The notes beneath the pieces are model-generated. The model did not search any database, was not told where the DNA came from, and saw only the letters and a list, made by a program, of their open reading frames with translations. A program made the translations under genes and the position numbers. From positions 1 through 27,922 of the IMG/VR virus record IMGVR_UViG_3300020151_001461: DNA of 27,922 bases, one strand, 5' to 3'. Of the stretch, positions 8,091-17,083 are shown piece after piece; the stretch's first letter is position 1; each line of letters begins with the position of its first letter. This stretch comes from a virus. Taxonomy: Duplodnaviria; Caudoviricetes.

Positions 8091-10289
8091 ATGTCTGCTA
8101 TTCCAAATTTTGATCCACTTGAAAGCGCAGGAAACTGGAACGAACCCGTAACTCCTTATGGAAAAGTTAAGGGTCGTAAGATAAAAGCAAAAAAGGGTAA
8201 GAAAAGCACAGTATATCCTTTTAATAAAGTATATGAATCAGAATCTGGTCATATTATAGAAGTTGATGATACCCCTGGAGCGGAAAGATTACATCAGTTT
8301 CATCGTTCTGGTACATTTGAAGAAATACATCCAAATGGTGATAAAGTTGATAAAGTAGTAAGAGATAGGTATACAAGCGTACTAAGAGATGATTATGTTC
8401 ATATTGACGGTAATCAAAACTTAACAGTTGATAAAGCATTAAAAATTTATATAAATGCAGACAAAGGACGAAATACTCCAAATCGTTCTACTAATTTTGA
8501 TATTGAAGTTGGTGATAATGCTAATATTAATATTTTAGTTAATAAAGGTAATTGTAATGTAAAAATGAAAAATGGTGATGTAAATCTTCTACTTGCAAGA
8601 GGTGATGTAAATATACGTCAAGAAGCAGGAAGTTATAATCATTTTGTAAACGGAGATTATAATTTAGAAGTTGCTGGTCATATGCATATAGTAGTTGGTG
8701 AAGATCATGTTACTGAAATTGGTGGTAATAGAGATGCTAGAATTGATGGATTTTTTGATCATACAATGGTGACATTTGGAGCTCACGAAATAAATTGTCC
8801 AACAGGCGGTATTAGCAGAATATCTAGATCTAGACAAGATGTTATAGAACTTAATCAATCTATCTATATTGGAGTTGGAAGGTCAACTCATATAGGTGTT
8901 CCAGGCGTAGGAACTGCTAATCCTCTTGCAGGAGATGATGTTACAATATACGGCACATATACTGTCGTGGCTGATAAAGTTGGAGTAATTGGAAGAATTG
9001 GTGTTGGTATAGGAAATGAGTTTGACACAGGAATCGACATAAATGTTGCTGGCGTTATTTCAATGTGTGGCGTTGCATCTATAAATGTAATATCACCAAT
9101 TATTAATATGACTTCTCTTGTAGATATGAATATTGCCTCGCAAGCTAGTTTAAGAATGGGTGCACCATTTGTTAGTGTTACTGGTGAGGGTTCTGTTAAT
9201 ATTGCATCAGCAGGTCCTTTACAACTGTTATCTTCTACTTCAATATTAGAAACTGCGCCTATGATTCATTTAAATGGTCCACCAGCAACGCCAGGTGATC
9301 CACCAAGTTTAGGTGTTACAGGAAATCAATTAATACGGTTAGATGCACCTGTCCCACCAAAAATGCCATTTGTGTATGTTCCTGGCATGGTAGGTACATG
9401 GAGAAGAACAATTAATGGTATAACACCTCTAATGTTAGTAAGAACGACTGTTATTACACTTAAGACGCAACTAGCAGTATTAGATACTGTAATTAATACA
9501 GTTGATGGTCTATCACAACAATCTAGTGGTTTAATTACAGCAATCAAAGGTATAACTGAAAGTATAACATCTACAGTTGCTACCGTAGTTGGGCCTATAA
9601 CAGATGCTATGGATAAAGTAAGTAATGCGGTAAATGATGTAGTGGATCAGGTTAGTGAAGTAGTAGATAAAGTAACAGATCAAGTAACTACCATTCAAAA
9701 CGCAATTGAGGATGTTGCAATGGGTGCAGTTAAAGAATTAAATGGTGCATTAAAAAATGGTTTGGAACCAGCAACATCTGCATTAGATAAAGTTAAAGGA
9801 TTTATTAATAGTGTAATTGGTACTATAGCAGATATTGCGTGTCAAATTGTAAAAGCAATTAATGAAATAATTACAGGAATAATCAAAGAGATACAAGATG
9901 CTCTTAATAAGGTAATGGAAGGTATAGAATCTATACTGGAAGCGATTAATAAAGTAATTGCATGGATACAAAAAGCAATTCAAGATATGATAAAAATAAT
10001 TAATGATATTATTAAAGGAATATTGGATGCTGCTGGTGAATTTATAGATGGAGTTATTTCTGGAATTGAAGGAATATTTGAAGGAATAGGAGTTACGGAA
10101 GAGTGCGGTGCTACAGCAGTAAAACTAACAGACGCTATGTCAGACTATCAAAGTTTGGTTGCTGCTAGACTGGCACCTGGTAGTGATATTAGTGATGAAG
10201 ATTTCTTTGCGATGGCCGAAAAAATCAAAGCTAAAATGACTGATAAAGAACGAGCAACAGTTAACGGTCCGCAGTCGGGAGGAGTATGA
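8091..10289 (+). CDS. gp5: gp5 C-terminal part: triple beta-helix spike plus long helical C-terminal extension (732 aa)
   Basis: Start revised from 7989 to ATG 8091 (AGGA at 8077-8080, TAA-T-ATG coupling). WNEP..Y...YPFNKVYESESGHIIEVDDTPGAERLHQFHRSGTFEEIHPNG matches the start of T4 gp5C; VxGN/VxGD-type octapeptide repeats follow; APMIHLN is a typical spike end. Confidence 0.85.
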   Translation: MSAIPNFDPLESAGNWNEPVTPYGKVKGRKIKAKKGKKSTVYPFNKVYESESGHIIEVDDTPGAERLHQFHRSGTFEEIHPNGDKVDKVVRDRYTSVLRDDYVHIDGNQNLTVDKALKIYINADKGRNTPNRSTNFDIEVGDNANINILVNKGNCNVKMKNGDVNLLLARGDVNIRQEAGSYNHFVNGDYNLEVAGHMHIVVGEDHVTEIGGNRDARIDGFFDHTMVTFGAHEINCPTGGISRISRSRQDVIELNQSIYIGVGRSTHIGVPGVGTANPLAGDDVTIYGTYTVVADKVGVIGRIGVGIGNEFDTGIDINVAGVISMCGVASINVISPIINMTSLVDMNIASQASLRMGAPFVSVTGEGSVNIASAGPLQLLSSTSILETAPMIHLNGPPATPGDPPSLGVTGNQLIRLDAPVPPKMPFVYVPGMVGTWRRTINGITPLMLVRTTVITLKTQLAVLDTVINTVDGLSQQSSGLITAIKGITESITSTVATVVGPITDAMDKVSNAVNDVVDQVSEVVDKVTDQVTTIQNAIEDVAMGAVKELNGALKNGLEPATSALDKVKGFINSVIGTIADIACQIVKAINEIITGIIKEIQDALNKVMEGIESILEAINKVIAWIQKAIQDMIKIINDIIKGILDAAGEFIDGVISGIEGIFEGIGVTEECGATAVKLTDAMSDYQSLVAARLAPGSDISDEDFFAMAEKIKAKMTDKERATVNGPQSGGV

Positions 10290-10585
10290 CATTAGTAGCA
10301 AGAGTAGGAGTTGACAGCGTTGGAACTGTAGCAGGAACTATGGTATTAGGATCACCAACGGTATTTGTTAATTTCGCTCCTGTTGTGTATGTCGGGTCAC
10401 CAGTTTTACCACATGAACCATGCTGCTGTCCTGTTAATTGTGGTTGTCAAGAACATTGTGCTTCAGAGGTTTTAACTGGTTCTCCCACTGTATTTGTTAA
10501 CAATATACCATCTGTAAGAATGGGTGATATGACTTTATGTGGACACCCAGTAATGACTGGTTCTCCCAATGTATCTTTTGGGTAA
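10286..10585 (+). CDS. gp5.4: PAAR-repeat spike tip protein, gp5.4-like
   Basis: ARVGVD, three GSPTVFVN/GSPNV repeats, PSVRMGD and LCGH; directly follows gp5C with ATGA overlap. Confidence 0.9.
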   Translation: MTLVARVGVDSVGTVAGTMVLGSPTVFVNFAPVVYVGSPVLPHEPCCCPVNCGCQEHCASEVLTGSPTVFVNNIPSVRMGDMTLCGHPVMTGSPNVSFG

Positions 10586-10609
10586 TTTTATATACATATT
10601 AATAAGCAT

Positions 10610-10981
10610 ATGATAAGAAAAGATATAGATCTAAATTTTATAAAAAACCCATTAACAGGGGATATAAATGTTAAAAGAAATGATGATGCTGTAAAGCAAT
10701 CACTCAGAACCTTGATGTTGATGTCATTATATGAAAAACCCTTTAATAATGAGTTGGGTGCTGATTTACGAGGTTTTATGTTTCAAAATTACATAACAGG
10801 CACCGATCAAAAAATAGAAGAAAGAATACGAGCAGTAGTAACTAAATACGAATCTGGCGTTAGTATTAAAACTTTAAATGTTTCTACAACAGATAAGAAT
10901 GAAATAACGATAAATTTAGAGTATTATTTTTCAGGAAATACTTCAAGTACAATTGGAATAACATTAGGAAGAACAAGATAA
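10610..10981 (+). CDS. gp25: Baseplate wedge subunit gp25
   Basis: DIDLNFIKNPLTGDI, AVKQSLRTL, EKPFNNELGADL..FMF, I..V.KYE and C-terminal L.RTR. Confidence 0.92.
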   Translation: MIRKDIDLNFIKNPLTGDINVKRNDDAVKQSLRTLMLMSLYEKPFNNELGADLRGFMFQNYITGTDQKIEERIRAVVTKYESGVSIKTLNVSTTDKNEITINLEYYFSGNTSSTIGITLGRTR

Positions 10982-10982
10982 C

Positions 10983-12830
10983 ATGGAAAATAGAAAAATA
11001 GATATATCAAATTTAGATTTTTTCTCTATAAAAAATTCACTGATTAGTTTCCTACAAACACAAAGCGAATTTAGTGGTTATTCTTTTGAAGGTTCTGCTA
11101 TGAATGTGTTAATTGATCTTCTGTCATATAACACATATTATAATGGATTTTACAATAATTTTGTTATGAATGAGACATTTTTAGACAGTGCAGTTAAACG
11201 AAGTTCAGTTGTGTCTTTAGCAAAACAATTAGGGTATACACCACAGTCTTCTAAAAATTCTACAGCAAAAGTAATAATAAAGCAAGATGCTGACCAATAT
11301 CAAGAAGTAAAGAAAATAATAAGAAGAAATACTAGAATAAGTTCTCAAAATTCTGTAGGTAATACAGTTTATTTTGTTACAGATTCTGATTATACCTTAG
11401 AACCATATGAGTTGAATGATGACGGTAGTATCAGTAAATATGCTGCTATTGACGCAACATTAGTACAGGGAGTATATAATTCATATTCTTCTATAATATC
11501 AATACCTTTACAAAAAATTATACTACCATTTAATAATATAGATATTACCACTATAAAGGCATATGTACTTGAAAGCGTTTCAGATGCTAGTGGTGTTACT
11601 ACTGAATGGAAAAGAGCAATTAATATAACAGATACCGCGGCCGATTCAAAGATATTTTTTGTTTCAGAAAATGCAAGTGGATTGTATGAAATTCAATTTG
11701 GTGATGGTGTGTTTGGGACTCAATTAAAAACTGGAAATGTTGTACTTTTTGAATTCCTCATAACATCTGGTTCATTAGGAAATGAAATAGGTAAATTAGA
11801 TAATTCTGTGTTTTCGTCATTTAGTCTTAGTGGTTTTGAAATAGAAACAATTCAATATGCATCTGGTGGTTCTGATAGAGAACAAATTGGTAGTATAAGA
11901 AGAAATGCATTACGAAACTTCTCTACTCAAGAGAGAGCAGTTACTGCTTCAGATTATGAAGCAATGATATTAAAGTTATTTGGGTCAGTAGAATCTGTTA
12001 GATGTTGGGGCGGAGAAGATAATGATCCACCAGAATTTGGTAAAGTATTTGCCACGGTCAAACCAAAAAATGGAGCATTTCTTACAGCAAGTGAAAAAAA
12101 TAACATTATAAACACTTTAATAACCAATAAGGGAACAGTTGGAGTTAACATAGAGATACAAGATCCTGATATATTGTATTTAAATTTCTCTGTAAACGCC
12201 AAGTATGATCCAACACTGACAATTGATACAGAGACTAAAATTAAAGAGATATTATCTTCTAGCATCTTGTCATATTCTAGTATTAATTACAAAGGATTTG
12301 ACGACGATTTCTTTGCATCAGATTTTATCGAAAATGTAATAAAGTTCCACAATTCTCTTGTTTCTCTTTCGGTTGTTCCTATTATGGAAAAGAGAATTTA
12401 TCCTCGTTTGGGTGTAAAAGAATATTATACAATAAATTTTGGAAATGAACTTTCTATGAATTATTCCGTATCAACCCCTGGCTTTTATTCTTTAATAACT
12501 GAACAAGGTTCTATTATTAGCAAATTATGTTACATAGAAGAAGATAGCACAACCTTAAAATTATACTATCTAGATGTACAAGGAAACAAAATATATTCTG
12601 GCGATGTAGGAACTGTAGATCATACGAATGGTATCGTTACTCTAAATGTTACTATTTCAGAATTACCAGAAGGATTTATAGCAATACTTGCAACACCAAA
12701 AGATGTTGATGTATTTACTGGTAAAGAAACCACATTATCAATAGATACGGTATCAAACAGAAATATAGCTATAGATCTGAAGAAAGCGTATAGAAATACT
12801 ACTCAAAATGTATCATCTTCTAATAGGTAA
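10983..12830 (+). CDS. gp6: Baseplate wedge subunit gp6
   Basis: LDFFSIKNSL..FL..QSEFSGYSFEGSAMNVLIDLLSYNTYY, NETFLDSA.KRSSVVSLAK.LGY.P, YEIQFGDGV.G, QERAVTASDY and WGGEDNDPPEFGKVF motifs. Confidence 0.95.
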   Translation: MENRKIDISNLDFFSIKNSLISFLQTQSEFSGYSFEGSAMNVLIDLLSYNTYYNGFYNNFVMNETFLDSAVKRSSVVSLAKQLGYTPQSSKNSTAKVIIKQDADQYQEVKKIIRRNTRISSQNSVGNTVYFVTDSDYTLEPYELNDDGSISKYAAIDATLVQGVYNSYSSIISIPLQKIILPFNNIDITTIKAYVLESVSDASGVTTEWKRAINITDTAADSKIFFVSENASGLYEIQFGDGVFGTQLKTGNVVLFEFLITSGSLGNEIGKLDNSVFSSFSLSGFEIETIQYASGGSDREQIGSIRRNALRNFSTQERAVTASDYEAMILKLFGSVESVRCWGGEDNDPPEFGKVFATVKPKNGAFLTASEKNNIINTLITNKGTVGVNIEIQDPDILYLNFSVNAKYDPTLTIDTETKIKEILSSSILSYSSINYKGFDDDFFASDFIENVIKFHNSLVSLSVVPIMEKRIYPRLGVKEYYTINFGNELSMNYSVSTPGFYSLITEQGSIISKLCYIEEDSTTLKLYYLDVQGNKIYSGDVGTVDHTNGIVTLNVTISELPEGFIAILATPKDVDVFTGKETTLSIDTVSNRNIAIDLKKAYRNTTQNVSSSNR

Positions 12831-12834
12831 TTGA

Positions 12835-14721
12835 ATGTCTATCATAGAAATATTATATCCTACTGATAAACAGATTATATATGGTGAATCATTCACATTT
12901 AGATATGATATTAAAAATAATGTAAAATCTAATTATTTAAAATATGTTGTTTTACAATTAGATGATTCCTCTGAAATTCGAATACCGTGGACAGATAAGA
13001 AATATTTTTTCGAAAATCTATCTGCTGGTGATCATACACTAATAGGATACTTAGAAGATAGTAGAGGAACCAAGGTAAAGGAAAGTGATTTTGTATTAAC
13101 CTTTATAGCAATAACAGAAAAGTATGAACCATCCAATCAGACATGGTCTATTATAACTGATAAACTTCCAGCATTTATTAGAGAAGATTATAAGACATTT
13201 ACAGCATTCGTTAAGGCATATTTTGAATGGACTAACAAATCAAACAACCCAGTGTATTCGTTGTATAGTTCTGGTGATTTTGCCGATATAGATACAAGTC
13301 CAGAAATATTTTTAGAGTCATTTAGAGTAAATTATTTAAATGATTTTCCTGCAAATATTCTAGATCTAAAAGATACTGTAAATATTCGTAATGTTATTAA
13401 AAATATAAAACAGTATTACTCATCCAAGGGTACTGAAAAGGCTTATAAATTTTTATTCAGACTTCTATATAAAACATATGTAGAAATTCAATATCCTAGA
13501 AATCTTTTATTGAAAGCGTCTGGAAGTCTGTGGGTAGAAAATAAATTTATAAAAGTACGTGGATTAAATTCTTTATCCGATACACTTAAGACCAATTTAA
13601 TTTATCAATACGGAAAAGATCTTGCCGGCAAACCAAATAAAACTATAGTAGCATCTGCAAGAATTCAAGATGTTATTATGAAAAAAATAGATAATGAAAC
13701 TATATACGAATTACAAATAGATAATATAGTTGGTTCCTTTGGAGTAAATACGGGAATCTATAATTATACTGCATTTGTTGACAGCGGAATCAGCGGTGAA
13801 GAAGTTTTTATAGACACGATATTGGATGGAGAAATTTCAAGACAATCTGCTTATTTAATACAAAATATTACTCTAATAAATGTTACAACACCTGGCTTAG
13901 TTCCTGGCGATAATATCATAGTAACTCCTGGTCAAAACTCTACTGGTAATTCCTTTTCCGCTTTGGTTGCTGAAGTTGATCGTTACGGAGTACCAACAGA
14001 TATACGGATAACAAATACTGGTTATGACTACAGAGGTGATAATTTTAACATATTAGTTAAAAGAGGAGAGACAGAAACTACCTTAGAAGGTAATGTTTCT
14101 ACAATTGCAGTGTTTTATGAACCAGGTTATCATGAAACTAATGTATCTTCACCAAGTTCTAATGGAATTTTACAGGATAACAGAAAGTACCAGGAACTAT
14201 CATATGTTATAAAAACAGGTATAATGGAATCTGAATTTTTAGATATCATTAAAAGACTAATCCATCCAGCAGGTTTTGCAGTATATACTGAGCAATATGT
14301 GCAAAGTTATGAAAAAGTTTCATTTTTAAGAAGTGTTGCTGTTGCAGACTTGTTTTTTAAGCCATTACTGGGTAATTTAATAGCACACCAGATTAATAGT
14401 AGTGCAAATATAAGAAATACTGGAGATGAGGATTACCCCGATTTATTCCCTAATGGCTTCGATCCCTCTCGTCCAGTTCCAGATCAAAACAATCCAAATG
14501 CTTATTTTGTGCATACTCCAAGCACTAATGGTGCGATAAATACATTCGTTGAATCTGTGCGTTTTAGTTATTTGCCTAGTGTTTCTGACATTGATATGAG
14601 AAATGAATATTGGGTTGTGTATCCAAGTTTGAGTTCTATTCTAGGAGTAGATAAGCCACTTAAAGATTTGAAAATAAAAGATATTATACAAATATTTGCA
14701 GGAACAATCAAACTTGACTAA
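12835..14721 (+). CDS. gp7: Baseplate wedge subunit, gp7-like, with N-terminal Ig-like extension
   Basis: LPAFIREDYKTFTAFVKAYFEW, DIDTS, IKNIKQYYSSKGTEKAYKFLFRLLY, LQDNRKYQELSYVIK and KRLIHPAGF motifs; lies between gp6 and gp8. Confidence 0.75.
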   Translation: MSIIEILYPTDKQIIYGESFTFRYDIKNNVKSNYLKYVVLQLDDSSEIRIPWTDKKYFFENLSAGDHTLIGYLEDSRGTKVKESDFVLTFIAITEKYEPSNQTWSIITDKLPAFIREDYKTFTAFVKAYFEWTNKSNNPVYSLYSSGDFADIDTSPEIFLESFRVNYLNDFPANILDLKDTVNIRNVIKNIKQYYSSKGTEKAYKFLFRLLYKTYVEIQYPRNLLLKASGSLWVENKFIKVRGLNSLSDTLKTNLIYQYGKDLAGKPNKTIVASARIQDVIMKKIDNETIYELQIDNIVGSFGVNTGIYNYTAFVDSGISGEEVFIDTILDGEISRQSAYLIQNITLINVTTPGLVPGDNIIVTPGQNSTGNSFSALVAEVDRYGVPTDIRITNTGYDYRGDNFNILVKRGETETTLEGNVSTIAVFYEPGYHETNVSSPSSNGILQDNRKYQELSYVIKTGIMESEFLDIIKRLIHPAGFAVYTEQYVQSYEKVSFLRSVAVADLFFKPLLGNLIAHQINSSANIRNTGDEDYPDLFPNGFDPSRPVPDQNNPNAYFVHTPSTNGAINTFVESVRFSYLPSVSDIDMRNEYWVVYPSLSSILGVDKPLKDLKIKDIIQIFAGTIKLD

Positions 14722-14724
14722 ATA
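14717..14724 (+). promoter_or_regulatory. Possible late-promoter variant (ACTAAATA) upstream of gp8
   Basis: TAAATA core at the gp7/gp8 boundary, 7 nt before the gp8 ATG, with no clear SD. Imperfect match to TATAAATA in an AT-rich background. Confidence 0.35.
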
Positions 14725-14731
14725 ATCTAAA

Positions 14732-17074
14732 ATGATCAAAAATACATTTAAAAACTCAATAATTAAACAATTAAGAGATTCTTTTAATAGTTACTCTAAT
14801 ACTGAAAATTACATCTTTATTGGTAAGGTATTGCCATGGGAAAATGAAACAAAGCCACCAGTATACACAGATACTATTTTAAATGAAAAAGATTTGAGAA
14901 ATAATCTATTAGTTGTTAGAAAATTATTTCCAGAAAATGTAGCATTTTGTACTAGACGAATTAATTGGGCTTACAATACTGTATACGACAAATTCGACGA
15001 TTCAGTTGAACTATATTCTGATGATAAGTTAGTAAATTTTTATGTAATGAATAGTCAAAAAAATGTTTATAAATGTTTAGATAATAATAAGGGTGGTGCG
15101 TCTACAGTATCTCCTACAGGAACAGAATCTGAGATTATAATACTATCTGATGGGTATCAGTGGAAATATCTTTATTCCATATCAGAAGAACTTACAAAGT
15201 TTATAACTGATGACTTTATACCTATAGAATTTCTAGATAGATTAATTTATGATTCAAATGATGTAAGAGTTAATCAATTGTCTGCAGAGTTAGATGCAAA
15301 ATTAAACGGTAAGGGTAAAATTACTTCCGTGGATATAACTCAAGTCGGAGGTTCCTATCCATTTTCAGTAGAATATGATCAAGATATTTCTACTTATGTA
15401 CCAGAAGATTCTCATTTTGTACAATCATATAAAAGAGTTTCTAATATAGACACAATCTATGTGAATATGGAAACTGGAGATGTAAGCAGACAAGATGACT
15501 TTTACACTGAAAATTATTCTGTATATTTTTGCAAAGGACCTGGTGCTGGTCAAGTTAGAGGTGTAAAGTCTTTTAACGCTCAAACTGGTGCTATTGTACT
15601 GGATGAAAAATTAGCAATACAAGTAACTACTGAAACAATGTATAAGATTTTACCAAAAATCACTGTAATTGGTGATGGTTCTGGTGCTTTGTTTATCCCA
15701 AAATTAAATTTTAATAGTAGTAATATTGAAAAGATAATAGTATTATCGGGTGGTGTTGGATATTCTCGCGCTAGTTTAACTGTAAAAACTTCAAGAGTTG
15801 GTATTGAAAATGAAACATTGGTACGACCAATATTTACTCCGTACTACGGTCACAGTTCAAATGCAGTTAAAGAACTTGGTTGTAAAAACCTAATGATTAA
15901 TACTAAATTTGGTTATACTGATAAAAACATGAATTTTTATAATGAGTTTAGACAGATTGGTATAATTCAAAATCCAAATATTATTGTAAAAACTCCACAA
16001 AATAATAGAGTTATTTTGGATGTCGAATCCACTGCTGCAAAACAAGAAATTAATGTTACATTGTATAATGGACAGGAATCAACTAATACTAATTCATATT
16101 TTAATGGTACTAGAGTATCAAAATTAATATCTACTACTATTACCCAGGGAGTAGAAGGTACTGCTAATTATGCTGTTGGAATAATAGATTCATATGTTTC
16201 TGGTGTTTTAACTGTATTATCGATACAGGGTAAATTTAGCGCGCCGGCAGTTGGTGGTAGTGTACCAGCATTGGTAGTTAGAGATTATCCTAGTACTACT
16301 GGAAAAATTAATATTGTCCTTACCAATTCTGTTGCTATATCCTCAGTGAAGGAAAAGAATTATCACTCAGATTCAACTTTTACCGTTGAATCTAAAATTG
16401 TATCAGATGTATCATATAGCACTGGACCCGTTGAAAGTTGGAAATTAAATAAGGATAGGCTATCTGGTGAACTTATATTAAAAAATGTAAATGGTAGGTT
16501 TGTTCAATCTTACTACGATCTTTCTGGTACTTTCCATAAAGGTGAAAATATAATTAAATTTTCAATGGATATTGAAAATCCTTCTATATTAGTGAATAGT
16601 GGGTTATCATCTACTGGTACTATAAAGAGTATATTACCACAAAGTTTTGACGCAACCGATGAAATATATTCATGTATGACAAAATTGGATATTACTCGAA
16701 TGGCAGGAGTATCTACGGAATTTACATCTTCTACATTTACCCCAGATTCTTATATACAACAATTGTCAGTTTCTGGAGAAGTAATAGCAAGGGGAGTAGT
16801 AATTGATTGGAGTATAAATACAACTGATACTACTAAAACTACAGGAGTATTGCTGGTTAATACTGTATTTGGAAACTTTGTAGCATCTACAAATCGAAAT
16901 ATATATCAATATGAGAGTAGTGATTATGTTAATGTTGAAGATACTATAGTATGCATTGTAACTGATTCTGAAGTAGAAATGAATACTGGTGATGTGATTC
17001 ACGCACAAAATATAATAAGAATTGGTCATGGTAATGATAGTTTGGAAGAAATAAAACTAGTAATAGGATTTTAA
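14732..17074 (+). CDS. gp8: Baseplate wedge subunit gp8 (expanded, 780 aa)
   Basis: YIFIGK..PW, RRINW..NTVYDKFDD, FYVMNS..NVYKCLDNN.G..STV.P, DGYQWKYLYSI, GHSSNAVKELG, FRQIGII.NP and C-terminal TGDVIH..N...EEIKLVIGF. Confidence 0.9.
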   Translation: MIKNTFKNSIIKQLRDSFNSYSNTENYIFIGKVLPWENETKPPVYTDTILNEKDLRNNLLVVRKLFPENVAFCTRRINWAYNTVYDKFDDSVELYSDDKLVNFYVMNSQKNVYKCLDNNKGGASTVSPTGTESEIIILSDGYQWKYLYSISEELTKFITDDFIPIEFLDRLIYDSNDVRVNQLSAELDAKLNGKGKITSVDITQVGGSYPFSVEYDQDISTYVPEDSHFVQSYKRVSNIDTIYVNMETGDVSRQDDFYTENYSVYFCKGPGAGQVRGVKSFNAQTGAIVLDEKLAIQVTTETMYKILPKITVIGDGSGALFIPKLNFNSSNIEKIIVLSGGVGYSRASLTVKTSRVGIENETLVRPIFTPYYGHSSNAVKELGCKNLMINTKFGYTDKNMNFYNEFRQIGIIQNPNIIVKTPQNNRVILDVESTAAKQEINVTLYNGQESTNTNSYFNGTRVSKLISTTITQGVEGTANYAVGIIDSYVSGVLTVLSIQGKFSAPAVGGSVPALVVRDYPSTTGKINIVLTNSVAISSVKEKNYHSDSTFTVESKIVSDVSYSTGPVESWKLNKDRLSGELILKNVNGRFVQSYYDLSGTFHKGENIIKFSMDIENPSILVNSGLSSTGTIKSILPQSFDATDEIYSCMTKLDITRMAGVSTEFTSSTFTPDSYIQQLSVSGEVIARGVVIDWSINTTDTTKTTGVLLVNTVFGNFVASTNRNIYQYESSDYVNVEDTIVCIVTDSEVEMNTGDVIHAQNIIRIGHGNDSLEEIKLVIGF

Positions 17075-17083
17075 GGACAATAA

